Below, in pieces: positions 38,552-48,942 of a DNA stretch of 64,000 nucleotides (within the stretch, counting starts at the first letter, position 1; each line of letters starts with the position of its first letter). This DNA is from a virus. The DNA is taken from IMG/VR virus record IMGVR_UViG_3300019776_000365, positions 1-64,000 of that record; one strand, written 5' to 3'. Position numbers and translations under genes: made by a program. Under the pieces are notes generated by a model. The model saw only the letters and a program-made list of their open reading frames with translations, did not search any database and had not been told where the DNA came from.

Positions 38552-38803
38552 TTATTTTTTAGTTAATTTAGCCCCAATGCCAAGGCCACCACATATAGCT
38601 ATTACATATCCGCAAGCAGTAAATAAAACAGGCGACACATGATATGAGTTTTGCAAATCAAAGTATTTATCCATTGCAAGAACTCCAGCATTAGCCACAC
38701 CTATGGTTATTGCATAGCTTTTTACTTTTTTAAAAAAGATTGGACTTTCTGCCTTCCACCTAATAAATACTTCTTTTATAAATGATGTTTCTTTAAATTT
38801 CAT
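38552..38803 (-). CDS. small two-TM membrane protein, holin-like
   Basis: RWKAESP.FFKK followed by two hydrophobic segments and a basic C-terminus. Confidence 0.55.
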   Translation of the reverse strand: MKFKETSFIKEVFIRWKAESPIFFKKVKSYAITIGVANAGVLAMDKYFDLQNSYHVSPVLFTACGYVIAICGGLGIGAKLTKK

Positions 38804-39026
38804 TTTGTTTTTCCTCTAATATTTTTATTAGTTTCTCGATATACCACTTAGCTTTTTTAATATCTTCTAAGCCATTCTTATCTTCATATCTCCATAGGTA
38901 TTTAATGGCATTCGCTGTACATATAGCTTCAATACCAGATTTACCTACTGTTGCACTTTCTAATGCATCAATACATTCTATTTTACCATTTTTATAATGG
39001 TTTGGATTAATATTATCTTTACTCAT
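38793..39026 (-). CDS. DUF3310-family phage protein
   Basis: INPNHY..GKIECID, NAIKYLWRY..KNGLEDIKKA.WY. Confidence 0.85.
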   Translation of the reverse strand: MSKDNINPNHYKNGKIECIDALESATVGKSGIEAICTANAIKYLWRYEDKNGLEDIKKAKWYIEKLIKILEEKQNEI

Positions 39027-39627
39027 TTGTTTTGCCTGTAATTAAATTTGACATTGGTAATGTTTCGATAAAGTCACAAAAGTATTGCCATTCATCAAGT
39101 TTATGATGTCTTCTTTGCGAATAAATTGTTTTTAATTGAAGATAATTCGTAGAAATTCCCATCCATTTTAAATAGCCAGAAGGAATATTTGAAATAATCT
39201 TGTTAAAATAATGAGATTTTTCCTCTTTTGAGTCTACTAGATTATAAGAGTCTATATAATCATTTATTGCAGCAATAAAATCTGGGTCTGTGCTGTCTGT
39301 AAAATCATCTAACGTAAGACTTCTTGATGTAATCTTATGCATTTTAGATTGGCTGCTAATGATGTCAACCCAATGATATCGTTGTAATTGTGGGCTAAAA
39401 TACTCAGGGTAACACAAATCAAATTGAATGATTATGCCTTTGAGAAAATTCGAATGGCCTGACCCATTTGGGGCATTGGATAATTGACATGCTCTTTTTA
39501 TTCTGTTGGTTGTAAGATCTTCGCTATTAATAAATTCAAGGCTAATAGGCTCTCCTACTTTCATTGGGTATTGGCTGCGAATTATTGACTCATTCAATCC
39601 ATACACTTCTAAATTCTTAATCTGCAT
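39019..39627 (-). CDS. divergent ThyX-like protein
   Basis: GH.NFL, QLQRY, SQSKMH, TNY.QL..IY.QR..HKL.EW pattern. Confidence 0.5.
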   Translation of the reverse strand: MQIKNLEVYGLNESIIRSQYPMKVGEPISLEFINSEDLTTNRIKRACQLSNAPNGSGHSNFLKGIIIQFDLCYPEYFSPQLQRYHWVDIISSQSKMHKITSRSLTLDDFTDSTDPDFIAAINDYIDSYNLVDSKEEKSHYFNKIISNIPSGYLKWMGISTNYLQLKTIYSQRRHHKLDEWQYFCDFIETLPMSNLITGKTNE

Positions 39628-39793
39628 TTTCTTCGTATTCTTTTATTAGTTTATTGCTTTCTTTTTTAACAAAATTTCTAGCCAATTTTGACCATCTTTT
39701 TGTTTTGCTATTTTGGGCTTTTGACCAATGCCTTGGAAGGTAATCATCCATATCCCAGCCAAGTATTTGGATTAATATTCTACGACCAGTCAT
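39617..39793 (-). CDS. small basic hypothetical protein (58 aa)
   Basis: MTGRRILIQILGW... fills the gap between neighbours, TAA stop. Confidence 0.5.
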   Translation of the reverse strand: MTGRRILIQILGWDMDDYLPRHWSKAQNSKTKRWSKLARNFVKKESNKLIKEYEENAD

Positions 39794-39795
39794 AT

Positions 39796-40488
39796 TTAAT
39801 CGTAATTACAATTTAACAACATTTTATTACTTTCTCCCCACATAAAATCTTCATAGTTTTCAATAGTACATTTAACCCCAAATTTACCTTTAATAATATC
39901 AATCAATTCATAAGTTGGTGATATAAATAAGTCTTGATGAAATGTTCTTTGAAAAACCTGCACATTGCCTTTTTGTATAAATACACCAAGATTATCTTCT
40001 ATCCATTCAATTATATCATTAGACCATACTTTAGGATCTAAATGTATTACAAAAATAGTTCCTTTCTTAAAATCTACATGTTCTAATAACTTACATTTGT
40101 CGAATGTACAAAATTCATTTCTAACACTCAAATTAAACAAACAGCATTTACCAACTATTAACTGATTTGCAAACTCTTTAAATGTTTTTTCATTGCAATA
40201 CACTTTTATTGAGCTATAATCATCAACTAAATATATCCATAAAAACATATTGCCAGCTTGTGATGTCTTATATTCTATTTTATCTATCACAGCGGCTATC
40301 ATACAGCCTTTAAGGTCATTTCTATCAAGTATTTGCTCATTTAAATACGCAATGTTACTTAGATTCCAATTATCTGCTTTAAGCTTATATTCGCCTAATA
40401 CGGAGGTTAAATTAAACCCTAAAACTTCTCTTTCTAATGATAGTAATTGTTGTTTAGTTGGATTAACTATTCTTTCTTTTTTTGCCAT
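39796..40488 (-). CDS. OB-fold protein resembling the DnaE (Pol III alpha) C-terminus
   Basis: LSLEREVLGFNLT then IAAVIDKIEYKTSQAGNMFLWIYLVDDYSSIKV. Confidence 0.6.
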   Translation of the reverse strand: MAKKERIVNPTKQQLLSLEREVLGFNLTSVLGEYKLKADNWNLSNIAYLNEQILDRNDLKGCMIAAVIDKIEYKTSQAGNMFLWIYLVDDYSSIKVYCNEKTFKEFANQLIVGKCCLFNLSVRNEFCTFDKCKLLEHVDFKKGTIFVIHLDPKVWSNDIIEWIEDNLGVFIQKGNVQVFQRTFHQDLFISPTYELIDIIKGKFGVKCTIENYEDFMWGESNKMLLNCNYD

Positions 40489-40774
40489 TAAATATAAACA
40501 AATATCCTACATTTTCGTCATATTTGAAGTCAATTATTTCACCCAAATACTCTCTTGAATTAGATTCTGTATTTTTACAGTCTAATTGCATTCCTACATA
40601 CAATCTAGGACATGTGTGTATCTCAATAAATTTCTCACCCTCGTCATTGTAGCCAATATACACAGGATTTGGCCCTGTAATTAATTTAGCAGCCCTAAAT
40701 GAAGGTCTGCTTTTGATTGGTATTAAAAACCTTAAGAACGAATCACTCTTTTTAAATATTTTGTATGTTGCCAT
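40463..40774 (-). CDS. hypothetical protein
   Basis: ATG at 40774 (MATYKIFKK) is the more plausible start. Confidence 0.55.
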   Translation of the reverse strand: MATYKIFKKSDSFLRFLIPIKSRPSFRAAKLITGPNPVYIGYNDEGEKFIEIHTCPRLYVGMQLDCKNTESNSREYLGEIIDFKYDENVGYLFIFNGKKRKNS

Positions 40775-40958
40775 ATTTTTCTTGTAAGAATAAATTAAAC
40801 AATTCGTATTCGTCAAACCCACCTAATCCATTGTTATAGTCGTGGTAGTAATATTTAACTGATTTATCTACATGTCTTATTGCAAAGAAATGCTCACTAG
40901 TCCACTTTAAGAACTCAATAGATAGGCTTTTAGATTCCTCTTTTACTACATCTACCAT
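40752..40958 (-). CDS. hypothetical protein
   Basis: 68-aa ORF. Confidence 0.5.
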   Translation of the reverse strand: MVDVVKEESKSLSIEFLKWTSEHFFAIRHVDKSVKYYYHDYNNGLGGFDEYELFNLFLQEKYGNIQNI

Positions 40959-40963
40959 AATTA

Positions 40964-41473
40964 TTACTTTTTAACCCAAACTACCAGTTCATCAAAATCT
41001 AAAGACCATTTGTTTTTATTGAAGAATTGCCCACTTAAAATACCGACGATATTAACACCATACGCATTATTTAGTTGTTCAAATGTATTCAAATTTATAA
41101 CATCAAAAGAACATTCTTGCTCTAATACTCCACTAATATTTATGTTGATATAAGTTTCATAAGAATCTACTACAACCTCATGGCCAGTAATCGTGCTTGT
41201 TTTACCAGTGTTTTTTAGTAGATCTTTATGTTTATCACAAAACGATCTACTAATACAATTATCGCTAGCACCGCTGTCTAAAAGCATATAAACATCTTCG
41301 CCAAATATAGTTGCTTTAATAATTGGCAGCTTTGTAATATTGAAATTATCTTTAAAGCAAATTGAATACTTATTTTGTTTTTTTATCTTATTACTAAGAT
41401 CTTTAATTATTAAATATACACCAATTGCACATCCAATAATTAGCCCTGAAATATATACATATCCTAAAATCAT
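40964..41473 (-). CDS. membrane-anchored retropepsin-like aspartic protease
   Basis: N-terminal TM helix, LLDSGAS, GILSG.FF. Confidence 0.85.
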   Translation of the reverse strand: MILGYVYISGLIIGCAIGVYLIIKDLSNKIKKQNKYSICFKDNFNITKLPIIKATIFGEDVYMLLDSGASDNCISRSFCDKHKDLLKNTGKTSTITGHEVVVDSYETYININISGVLEQECSFDVINLNTFEQLNNAYGVNIVGILSGQFFNKNKWSLDFDELVVWVKK

Positions 41474-41479
41474 CTATTA

Positions 41480-41725
41480 TTATTTTTCATGTTTATAATC
41501 ACCAAATGTTATATATCTAACAAATGTTTCAAATGGTGTTTTATCATATTCGTAATAATGATACTTACCGTAAACTCTTTTTCCTGTGAACCACTCCCAA
41601 TTTGACCTTTTTGCTTTAAAATCCCATAAGAATCTAATCGTTATATAAAATAAATATACGATTAAATCCATAATCCACAATAAAGTTGCAAATATAATCC
41701 ACACTGGATATAAAATATATTTCAT
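41480..41725 (-). CDS. hypothetical membrane protein
   Basis: hydrophobic N-terminal half. Confidence 0.55.
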   Translation of the reverse strand: MKYILYPVWIIFATLLWIMDLIVYLFYITIRFLWDFKAKRSNWEWFTGKRVYGKYHYYEYDKTPFETFVRYITFGDYKHEK

Positions 41726-41728
41726 TTA

Positions 41729-41989
41729 TTATTTGTTTTTGTTAATACCATTCTTATTATCCCAAATAAGCGTTCCATCCCAATCGTAAAATTCTTCAGT
41801 TGGATTGCCGTCATTCTCTTCTACTGAAATATCCTCCATTGAATCATATAGAGATTCAGATTCATAGTTTACATTATAGATCTCGCCATTTTTAATAAGT
41901 TCGATAATCTCTTCATCTGAAATATCATCGTCAAGCCATTGTCTATCCCAGATAGTAAATTTTCTATCTATATATTTTCTTCTACCCAT
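41729..41989 (-). CDS. acidic hypothetical protein
   Basis: 86-aa ORF. Confidence 0.6.
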   Translation of the reverse strand: MGRRKYIDRKFTIWDRQWLDDDISDEEIIELIKNGEIYNVNYESESLYDSMEDISVEENDGNPTEEFYDWDGTLIWDNKNGINKNK

Positions 41990-41992
41990 AAT

Positions 41993-42475
41993 TTATTTAT
42001 TATATCCACCAGTAGAACCAAATCCACCACGAGATTCGTTATTAAAATGTTTTACTTTCTCAAACACCGGCCTGCCAATAAATATATGCCTAATTTTAGC
42101 CCACCACGGAGCGTCTTGAGTGAGTCTAATTTCAAACTGACATATACGTTCATACTTGTTTACTTCAGTCGCTTTAAGAGCAAATAAAGGACATTTCCAT
42201 ATGTCATTATTACCAATATAGCCTTTATTATAATTATTTGGCCCATCAATTACCCCATAATGGTTTAAAACAACTAGGTGTTTTTTAATACCAAGACTAC
42301 TCCTGGGTACTATATTTGCTTGATAATACCTAGGTAGATTCATTGACAATCCTAATGACACTACAGCTTGACCGAATCTTTCAAACTTTATGTGTTCTGC
42401 TGATTTAAGATCGTACCAATTGCCATTCTTTTCAATTTTACACCCATTGTCGTGATATATTACTTGTATTTTCAT
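41993..42475 (-). CDS. dut: trimeric dUTPase
   Basis: YDL, PRSS, GVID..Y.G, RICQ and RGGFGSTG motifs. Confidence 0.92.
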   Translation of the reverse strand: MKIQVIYHDNGCKIEKNGNWYDLKSAEHIKFERFGQAVVSLGLSMNLPRYYQANIVPRSSLGIKKHLVVLNHYGVIDGPNNYNKGYIGNNDIWKCPLFALKATEVNKYERICQFEIRLTQDAPWWAKIRHIFIGRPVFEKVKHFNNESRGGFGSTGGYNK

Positions 42476-42487
42476 TTAATTATTATT

Positions 42488-42928
42488 TTATTTCTTAAAC
42501 TTAAAAATTAGGCCATCTTCTGATTTTGTATACATTTTATCAATTTTTACTCTTTTGTATATTGTTGCATATGGTATATTAAGAATTATTGATGCTATTG
42601 TTATGTTTTTAAATTCAGCGATTTTATCCCCATTAAGACTATAACATTCGATTGGGGTATTATCGTACTTGCCTATTCTTATATTTGAGAATTTATCATT
42701 AATTATTCTATATAATTTCACAATATCATCCCTATATGTTCTTTTTTTTTTGAAAAGAAGCGTATCGTCTGGTAATACATGGATATCATTATTTTTTGAA
42801 AACATTGGATATTTACCAATTGTGTCTGGATAAAATTTATTCCTAGCGTCATTTAAACAATCGAATGATTCTATAAAAGATCCATCATTATTGTATCTAA
42901 AAACCTTTATTTTTTGTCTTCCACTCAT
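42488..42928 (-). CDS. NUMOD1-like domain protein without an evident nuclease domain
   Basis: Two Y..dG.fI..F....A repeats. Confidence 0.65.
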   Translation of the reverse strand: MSGRQKIKVFRYNNDGSFIESFDCLNDARNKFYPDTIGKYPMFSKNNDIHVLPDDTLLFKKKRTYRDDIVKLYRIINDKFSNIRIGKYDNTPIECYSLNGDKIAEFKNITIASIILNIPYATIYKRVKIDKMYTKSEDGLIFKFKK

Positions 42929-42945
42929 TTTGATTTATTTGTTTA

Positions 42946-43830
42946 TTAAAATATTTCTGGGCATTTATCTTTTATCTGCTGTGTACAAAAATACGATAAC
43001 CGTTTAAAATCGATTATAGGGTTTTTAAATTCTTTAATGAAATTCCAACACTCCTCTTTTACAAGACAATAAAAAACAGTATTTATTAATCGTGGAATAA
43101 ATTTAGAACTCCAATCTCCGTTATTATCGTTTTCAATTTTTGACTTTTCTTTGTCAATAAGTGCTTTTGTAATATATTTTTTACAAATTTCTTCCTCAAT
43201 AATTTTAGCTTCTTTTATTTCAGTTATTTGCACTTTTTGATGTCTTGCTTTAAAATCATTGGTTACAATTTTAGCCCATATTTGATTTCCAAATCTATTT
43301 TTATAGTCGTAGTTTTTTATAACAATTCCTTCTCCGACCCCATTGCCATCTTTAATTAAATATCCATTTTTATCTAATTGATTTATGAGTCTTTCATATG
43401 TTGGATTTTCAATTTTGCATATTGGAGGAATATATTCAATATCAAATTCATCAAGTAACTCTTTATATTCTTCGTATGGTAAATATTCATTTTCATTCAT
43501 TACATCAAAAGCATAAAACTTTCTCCAAGCTGAATCTTCATACGTCTTTAAAGAGTGTGGTACTAACCACTCTCCATATAATCGCAAATTAGGATATTTG
43601 CAGAAAAACAAATTGATATTATCTTGCTCTAAAACCCATTTATAAAAACCGGCATTGTCATATTCCAATGAAAGTTTTCTGTTTCTAGAGCCAGCCATTA
43701 GTATGTTATTTTTCCAAATCTGCGCATTTGTTCCATCGATTTTTGGGAAAATATAGCATATGCCATTTTCTATTCCATTTGTTTCAGTAGTGCCAAATCT
43801 CTCTACGTGTTGATATTTTAAAAAATCCAT
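42946..43830 (-). CDS. ATP-dependent RNA ligase (Rnl2-like)
   Basis: KIDGTN, GSR, YGEW, FDV, EGIVIK and AKIV motifs. Confidence 0.85.
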   Translation of the reverse strand: MDFLKYQHVERFGTTETNGIENGICYIFPKIDGTNAQIWKNNILMAGSRNRKLSLEYDNAGFYKWVLEQDNINLFFCKYPNLRLYGEWLVPHSLKTYEDSAWRKFYAFDVMNENEYLPYEEYKELLDEFDIEYIPPICKIENPTYERLINQLDKNGYLIKDGNGVGEGIVIKNYDYKNRFGNQIWAKIVTNDFKARHQKVQITEIKEAKIIEEEICKKYITKALIDKEKSKIENDNNGDWSSKFIPRLINTVFYCLVKEECWNFIKEFKNPIIDFKRLSYFCTQQIKDKCPEIF

Positions 43831-43849
43831 GTAATCTTTTTTTTAATGA

Positions 43850-45706
43850 TTATTTAATCTCGCAATTTCCACCACTACATGCACCTTCGGCTTGTAGATT
43901 TACATTATCATCTAATTCAATAACATCATCTAGATTGACTTGATTTACATATTGCATTAGATTGTCATAAACCTCTTTAGTGCATTCCTCAAATGGTGCT
44001 TGTTTAAATGTACCACCATTGTATGGTAAAATACTCAATCCGTTATAAAACTTCTTGTTATTCCACATCCAATCTCTAACAGCATCCCACTCATCATTTT
44101 TAATAGATACTGTGGCTGAGATGTTATGAGTGTTAGATCCTTTAATATGACCAGGTAATACCCATTCATTATAAACCTTCTTAATACGCTCTAATAAATC
44201 AACGGATGTTTCATTTCTAATAATACAACCATCTGGAGATTTAACTGGCATACTAATAACTGCAGTGTCTTTAGGATTCATCCAATCATCTTCAACAAGC
44301 TGTGGTAGATTATTTTTCAAGTAAGTGTAAATCTCTTCATTCTTATTTACACGTACTCTACGAATGTAATACTGTGCATAATAAGCATGTATGCCACTAG
44401 ACGATCCAACAACTAACGAGGATGTTCCTGCTGGTTTAATACATGTAGTTCTTGCGGCAGCGTTAATACCAATTTGTTCCGCTACTTTCCTGTTAGTCTC
44501 TACAACTAATTTAGCACCTTCTGATAAATCAACTATATTTAGGTTACCAGATGCTATTCCAGTAATACTAACACCTAGTAAGGAGTCTAACTCTGTATTT
44601 TCACGCCATTTATCACGCAAATAATAAAAGTCGGTATAACCAGCTTGCAGTGTGCCAATAAACGATGCTGCATAACATCTTTCCAAGAAATCTTCCTGGT
44701 TTTCTACTGATGCTAAATTAATTTCTGTTAAATTACAATAAGTGTTTTCTTTTAACGATGCTTCACAACACGGATTATAACCCATATTTTTGTCATTACT
44801 AAAGATAAAAGCAGGATCACCCTTACCTTCCTTAACTTTCTCCCAAAAGTAGTTAAAGTCTTCACGTTTGATTTTATGTCTAATAACCATAGCTGAATTA
44901 TTAGCCATAGCTCTTTGACTATTCAATTCCCACCAATTACCATACTTGCATGTAGTCATAAGCTCATCATCAATACTAAAGATTGATATGATAGAGCTAC
45001 GTCTAATACCACCAGCCAATACAGCCTGAGCAATAAAACACATAATATCATGGCATTCCAATGTTGTTAGCTTGGAAAAATCATCTTTAGAATCTAAAAT
45101 GCCTTGAATTTTAAGAATGCATTCCTTTAATGGTTGTGGTCCTGGAGCTACACCACCTGATGTTAATAGCTTGGCTCCTTTCTTTCTAATTTGACTATAA
45201 TCGAATTTAATAGTATATCCACCATTAACATATGATTTCATCAACACCTTAATTGCATCAGACCAGCCTTGAATATCATCACTTACTACAAATCTTTTTG
45301 TTTTCTTTGGGTTTGGTTTATGAATTTCTGGTAATTTATCTACATGATGCTTTTGCACAGATATACCTTGACCAGCCCCAGATAATAAGTTAAACATTGC
45401 TTCCGAAAATGCTTTAATATTATCAACTGGCATATAAGCACAGTTAAACAAACGAGTATTATTTACTTCAATAGCCTTACCTCCAAACTGAAGAGATCGC
45501 ATCGAGGGTAATACTTTTTTATCTAACACATATTTAGAAAACACTCTGTAAATTTCATCTGCTATATGAGGGTATTTCTTTGCGTGCATATCTGCACATC
45601 TCATAACAATTTCCGTCCAATTCTCACGTCTATTCAATTTTGGAATATAGCGTGCATACTTCATGTAAACAACTAAATCGCTTAATACCTTCTGACTTTT
45701 ATCCAT
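43850..45706 (-). CDS. nrdJ: class II (B12-dependent) ribonucleotide reductase
   Basis: PSMR, FNC, GGIRRS, NPCCE, KPAGT and C-terminal CSGGNC. Confidence 0.93.
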   Translation of the reverse strand: MDKSQKVLSDLVVYMKYARYIPKLNRRENWTEIVMRCADMHAKKYPHIADEIYRVFSKYVLDKKVLPSMRSLQFGGKAIEVNNTRLFNCAYMPVDNIKAFSEAMFNLLSGAGQGISVQKHHVDKLPEIHKPNPKKTKRFVVSDDIQGWSDAIKVLMKSYVNGGYTIKFDYSQIRKKGAKLLTSGGVAPGPQPLKECILKIQGILDSKDDFSKLTTLECHDIMCFIAQAVLAGGIRRSSIISIFSIDDELMTTCKYGNWWELNSQRAMANNSAMVIRHKIKREDFNYFWEKVKEGKGDPAFIFSNDKNMGYNPCCEASLKENTYCNLTEINLASVENQEDFLERCYAASFIGTLQAGYTDFYYLRDKWRENTELDSLLGVSITGIASGNLNIVDLSEGAKLVVETNRKVAEQIGINAAARTTCIKPAGTSSLVVGSSSGIHAYYAQYYIRRVRVNKNEEIYTYLKNNLPQLVEDDWMNPKDTAVISMPVKSPDGCIIRNETSVDLLERIKKVYNEWVLPGHIKGSNTHNISATVSIKNDEWDAVRDWMWNNKKFYNGLSILPYNGGTFKQAPFEECTKEVYDNLMQYVNQVNLDDVIELDDNVNLQAEGACSGGNCEIK

Positions 45707-45736
45707 AATAATTTATTTGTGTTTTATTTATAACTT

Positions 45737-46417
45737 TTAAATTTCAATTTTAATAGGCCCATGTTTTTCCAAACAATCACAAAATAGTACTTCTGCATTT
45801 TTGGTTGTATGTTGTTTTGGCTTATCTACTGGTGTATGTCCTACTATTTGCTTAAATCCTTGCAATGGCTTTTTAAGTTCTTGCCTATCACACCAGAATA
45901 TACCACCTACATTACATCTCATACCACCCCTTAAATAACCTACATCATGTAGGGTGATTTCTTGCCATTTATCTTTTGGCTTATTTAATTGGTCTGCAAT
46001 ATTCTTATCTATATCACCTTTATATCTTTCTACAAACCAATTGTGCTGAATCCCCGCATGAGTAAAAATTACGTCTTCTATTTGATAAGCGTTTTGAAAT
46101 AAATTCTTATTTGGATGTAAAATATCATAAATATCGTATTGTATTTCAGGTCTTAGGCCACTACATTTAAATTCATTTGTATGCGGATATAAATAATTAA
46201 ATTCATGATTACCGTAAAGTAATACAACTTTATCTAAATTGTCTAACTTAAATTGTATAATATCTTTTAAGTTATTTATCATTTGCTCATTGCTATAAAT
46301 ATATGAATCAACATAATCACCTAAAAAGACAATTTTATCACAACTTAGATCAATATATTTCTTCCATATATCAGAGCAATGAATATCGCCAAAAACTTGT
46401 GTATTTATTTTACTCAC
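45737..46417 (-). CDS. calcineurin-like metallophosphoesterase
   Basis: GDIH, GDYVD, GNHE, HAG and GHT motifs. Confidence 0.9.
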   Translation of the reverse strand: MSKINTQVFGDIHCSDIWKKYIDLSCDKIVFLGDYVDSYIYSNEQMINNLKDIIQFKLDNLDKVVLLYGNHEFNYLYPHTNEFKCSGLRPEIQYDIYDILHPNKNLFQNAYQIEDVIFTHAGIQHNWFVERYKGDIDKNIADQLNKPKDKWQEITLHDVGYLRGGMRCNVGGIFWCDRQELKKPLQGFKQIVGHTPVDKPKQHTTKNAEVLFCDCLEKHGPIKIEI

Positions 46418-46420
46418 ATT

Positions 46421-46651
46421 CTATAATTTTTCAATTTCTTGTTTGACTTGTTGCCAATATTCTTTTGCTCCATAAGTTACTGGCAAATAAAATGTTTTTA
46501 TTATTTCATCAACTGCAATTAATGCACATTGTTTAGCATCACTATCTGTTAAAGAATATTCTTTTTCCCATAATCCATCAACCAATATGGTTTCACTATT
46601 TACTAATGAAAATTTATTTATTAATTCTATTGCTTTTTCTTTTGCTGTCAT
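46421..46651 (-). CDS. hypothetical protein
   Basis: MTAKEKA.EL...AKQCALIAVDEII...YWQ.VK.EI pattern. Confidence 0.7.
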   Translation of the reverse strand: MTAKEKAIELINKFSLVNSETILVDGLWEKEYSLTDSDAKQCALIAVDEIIKTFYLPVTYGAKEYWQQVKQEIEKL

Positions 46652-46652
46652 C

Positions 46653-47681
46653 TTATAAATGATTTAAATCAATAATACAATCACCATTTTGTTTTACCAC
46701 TTTGACTGGATAATCAAAATAGTCATTTTTAATATGCCAATGAGCATTTTGAGCTAATGTCATCCAATTAACACCGAATTTATCCATAGACCAATTATTC
46801 ACGCTGGCAGCACTTGGTATAGTCCAGCACATAGGCATTTTATTACGCCTATTTACTACAATGAATTTAAATGGTAATATTTTGTAATCAGAGTATTCGG
46901 TATCAGCTATAATGCTCTCGATTAAATAAGTATACTGTGGGCTTTGTATCCAATAATTCCATTCAACAAATGATTTCTCAAAATCCCACTCATTCTTACC
47001 TGTGGTTTTTAAGTCAATAGGTTGTATTGTTTTAGCTTCATTATCAACAATAATCTTGTCAAGCATACCTCTAATCGGAACATCACCATAAAATGACTTA
47101 AATTTAAGCTGATAATAATGTTCTACTAGATAATCAAATGGATCTTCGTTGAAATATTCTTTAGTAAATGAGTTTGTCTTTAAAGCATCAACACATTCTA
47201 AAGCGTCGGTATAATCATATTGAGATACTTTTATTTTACCAATAGATTCCTTTAGGATGTTAAAATATTCAGATCCTTCTTTGATTATTTTATCATATCT
47301 AGTTTGATCTTTCCAGTTTGATTGATAACCAACTGCATCAGCTAGTACTATAACTGATTCCATAGGAATTTCATTTAGTGGTATTTTATCAAACCCTTCA
47401 ACATTAAATTCAAAATTAATATTTTCAACTATCTTCCTAATAGAATCACTTGGAATCTTATCATTTCTAGCTATATAAAACCTATCATTTAATGTTTCTG
47501 GCTCTGTAATTAAACAGTCAACCAAACTGCCAAATCTCAAAGAATCAGTATCTTTCTTTTCTTTAGATATTAGCGACTTTGGCCCACTTCTATAAAACTC
47601 ACTCAATCCTGAGTATGACAGAGAGGAGTCTTGTCTGTACTCCTCTTCTGTTACATTCCATGCTAAATCTTTAAATATCAT
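46653..47681 (-). CDS. PD-(D/E)XK exonuclease (RecE/ExoVIII-like)
   Basis: LSYS.L, FGSLVD, RGMLD..., DLKTT, Y.IQ...Y. Confidence 0.8.
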   Translation of the reverse strand: MIFKDLAWNVTEEEYRQDSSLSYSGLSEFYRSGPKSLISKEKKDTDSLRFGSLVDCLITEPETLNDRFYIARNDKIPSDSIRKIVENINFEFNVEGFDKIPLNEIPMESVIVLADAVGYQSNWKDQTRYDKIIKEGSEYFNILKESIGKIKVSQYDYTDALECVDALKTNSFTKEYFNEDPFDYLVEHYYQLKFKSFYGDVPIRGMLDKIIVDNEAKTIQPIDLKTTGKNEWDFEKSFVEWNYWIQSPQYTYLIESIIADTEYSDYKILPFKFIVVNRRNKMPMCWTIPSAASVNNWSMDKFGVNWMTLAQNAHWHIKNDYFDYPVKVVKQNGDCIIDLNHL

Positions 47682-47940
47682 ATTCGTTTAAAATAAAATT
47701 ATTCTCACCTTCATAATAGAAATTTACATCATTAACCAATGATTTCATTGACATGAGATTGCAATATCTTTCTGTCATTTCTTCAGGATTGCATTTTTTA
47801 TACTCTTTTTTAATCTCAGATTCTACAATCTCACTTATACTTTGGAAATCTCTTTTATCAATAAATCTATTTACAATGATGTTATCTTTAAATGATAGAT
47901 TATTAATAGAATATTCTTTTAGCTTATCTAGCTTTTTCAT
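47671..47940 (-). CDS. hypothetical protein
   Basis: 89-aa ORF overlapping both neighbours. Confidence 0.6.
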   Translation of the reverse strand: MKKLDKLKEYSINNLSFKDNIIVNRFIDKRDFQSISEIVESEIKKEYKKCNPEEMTERYCNLMSMKSLVNDVNFYYEGENNFILNEYDI

Positions 47941-48340
47941 TTTCTTTTATTATTTCTATTGCTTTTAAGATTGCTTGTTCTTTGGTATGATCTAAATTGT
48001 CATAAAATTTATTCCTAAATTTACCCCTTGAATCAAATCCTGAATCAATCATATCTAAATTTCTAACAGTAAAATACATTCTTCGAATTTTTCCAAATAT
48101 ATCTAAATGATCAAATTCGATATTAATAATAATAAGATGTTTTTCTCTGAACCAATCAATTACTTGTTGCCAAAGAGGTGCATCAATAATATAATCATTT
48201 GACTCCACAATATTTGAGTGTGAATAATTCGTTTTATTAAACTTTTTATTTTCTATATAATAAAGTCCCATACATGGTTCATTAAAACATAATTCTTTCA
48301 GCTTCAATGCTATTTCATAAGTTACAAATTGCTCCTTCAT
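47924..48340 (-). CDS. MKEQ-family hypothetical protein, copy 1
   Basis: MKEQFVTYEIALKLKEL...APLWQQVIDWFREKH...AILKAIEII. Confidence 0.75.
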   Translation of the reverse strand: MKEQFVTYEIALKLKELCFNEPCMGLYYIENKKFNKTNYSHSNIVESNDYIIDAPLWQQVIDWFREKHLIIINIEFDHLDIFGKIRRMYFTVRNLDMIDSGFDSRGKFRNKFYDNLDHTKEQAILKAIEIIKENEKAR

Positions 48341-48346
48341 TTATTT

Positions 48347-48538
48347 TTACTTTTTAATTTCATTAAACATACTATTTAAATCGTCTAGGTTGTACTCGAA
48401 ATCATCAACCAATGATTGTATAGACTCAACTATTTGATCTCCATCAAAGCCATTATATAAATACTTATTACACTCTGATTTGATTGAAGCAATTCTTAAC
48501 TTAAGCTCTTCAACTATAGAATTAAATGATCTTTTCAT
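48347..48538 (-). CDS. hypothetical protein
   Basis: 63-aa ORF. Confidence 0.5.
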   Translation of the reverse strand: MKRSFNSIVEELKLRIASIKSECNKYLYNGFDGDQIVESIQSLVDDFEYNLDDLNSMFNEIKK

Positions 48539-48942
48539 TATTGTTTGTTTTTAATGATTTCTATTGCTTTTAGAATTGCAGCTTCACGGGCTTCTTCATA
48601 TGAATCAATTAATTCATCAGTAGCGCCTAAATCGATTTCGTTGCATAGAATACCATATAGCTCTTCAGAGTCTTCAACTATCGAATAATACCAGCATAAT
48701 TCAATATTATCTTCATTATTTCTATATGGCAGTATTGCAGTATATATCGAATGTTTTTCTCTAAACCAATCTATAGTTTGCTGCCAAAGCGGAGCTTTTA
48801 TTACCGGGATATCTTTAGAGCTATAAACAGAATCGCTAGTAATTAATAAGTCACCACACACAAATACACCTAAGCATTCTTCATCAAACTCTAATTTTTT
48901 TAAAGCTAGAGCAATTCTATAACTTACAAATTGTTCTTTCAT
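48538..48942 (-). CDS. MKEQ-family hypothetical protein, copy 2
   Basis: MKEQFVSYRIALALKKL...APLWQQTIDWFREKH...AILKAIEII. Confidence 0.75.
   Translation of the reverse strand: MKEQFVSYRIALALKKLEFDEECLGVFVCGDLLITSDSVYSSKDIPVIKAPLWQQTIDWFREKHSIYTAILPYRNNEDNIELCWYYSIVEDSEELYGILCNEIDLGATDELIDSYEEAREAAILKAIEIIKNKQ

Noticed and set aside
42488-42928. Intron around the NUMOD1 gene
   Set aside because: The flanking dUTPase and RNA ligase genes are complete and there is no non-coding space for an intron core
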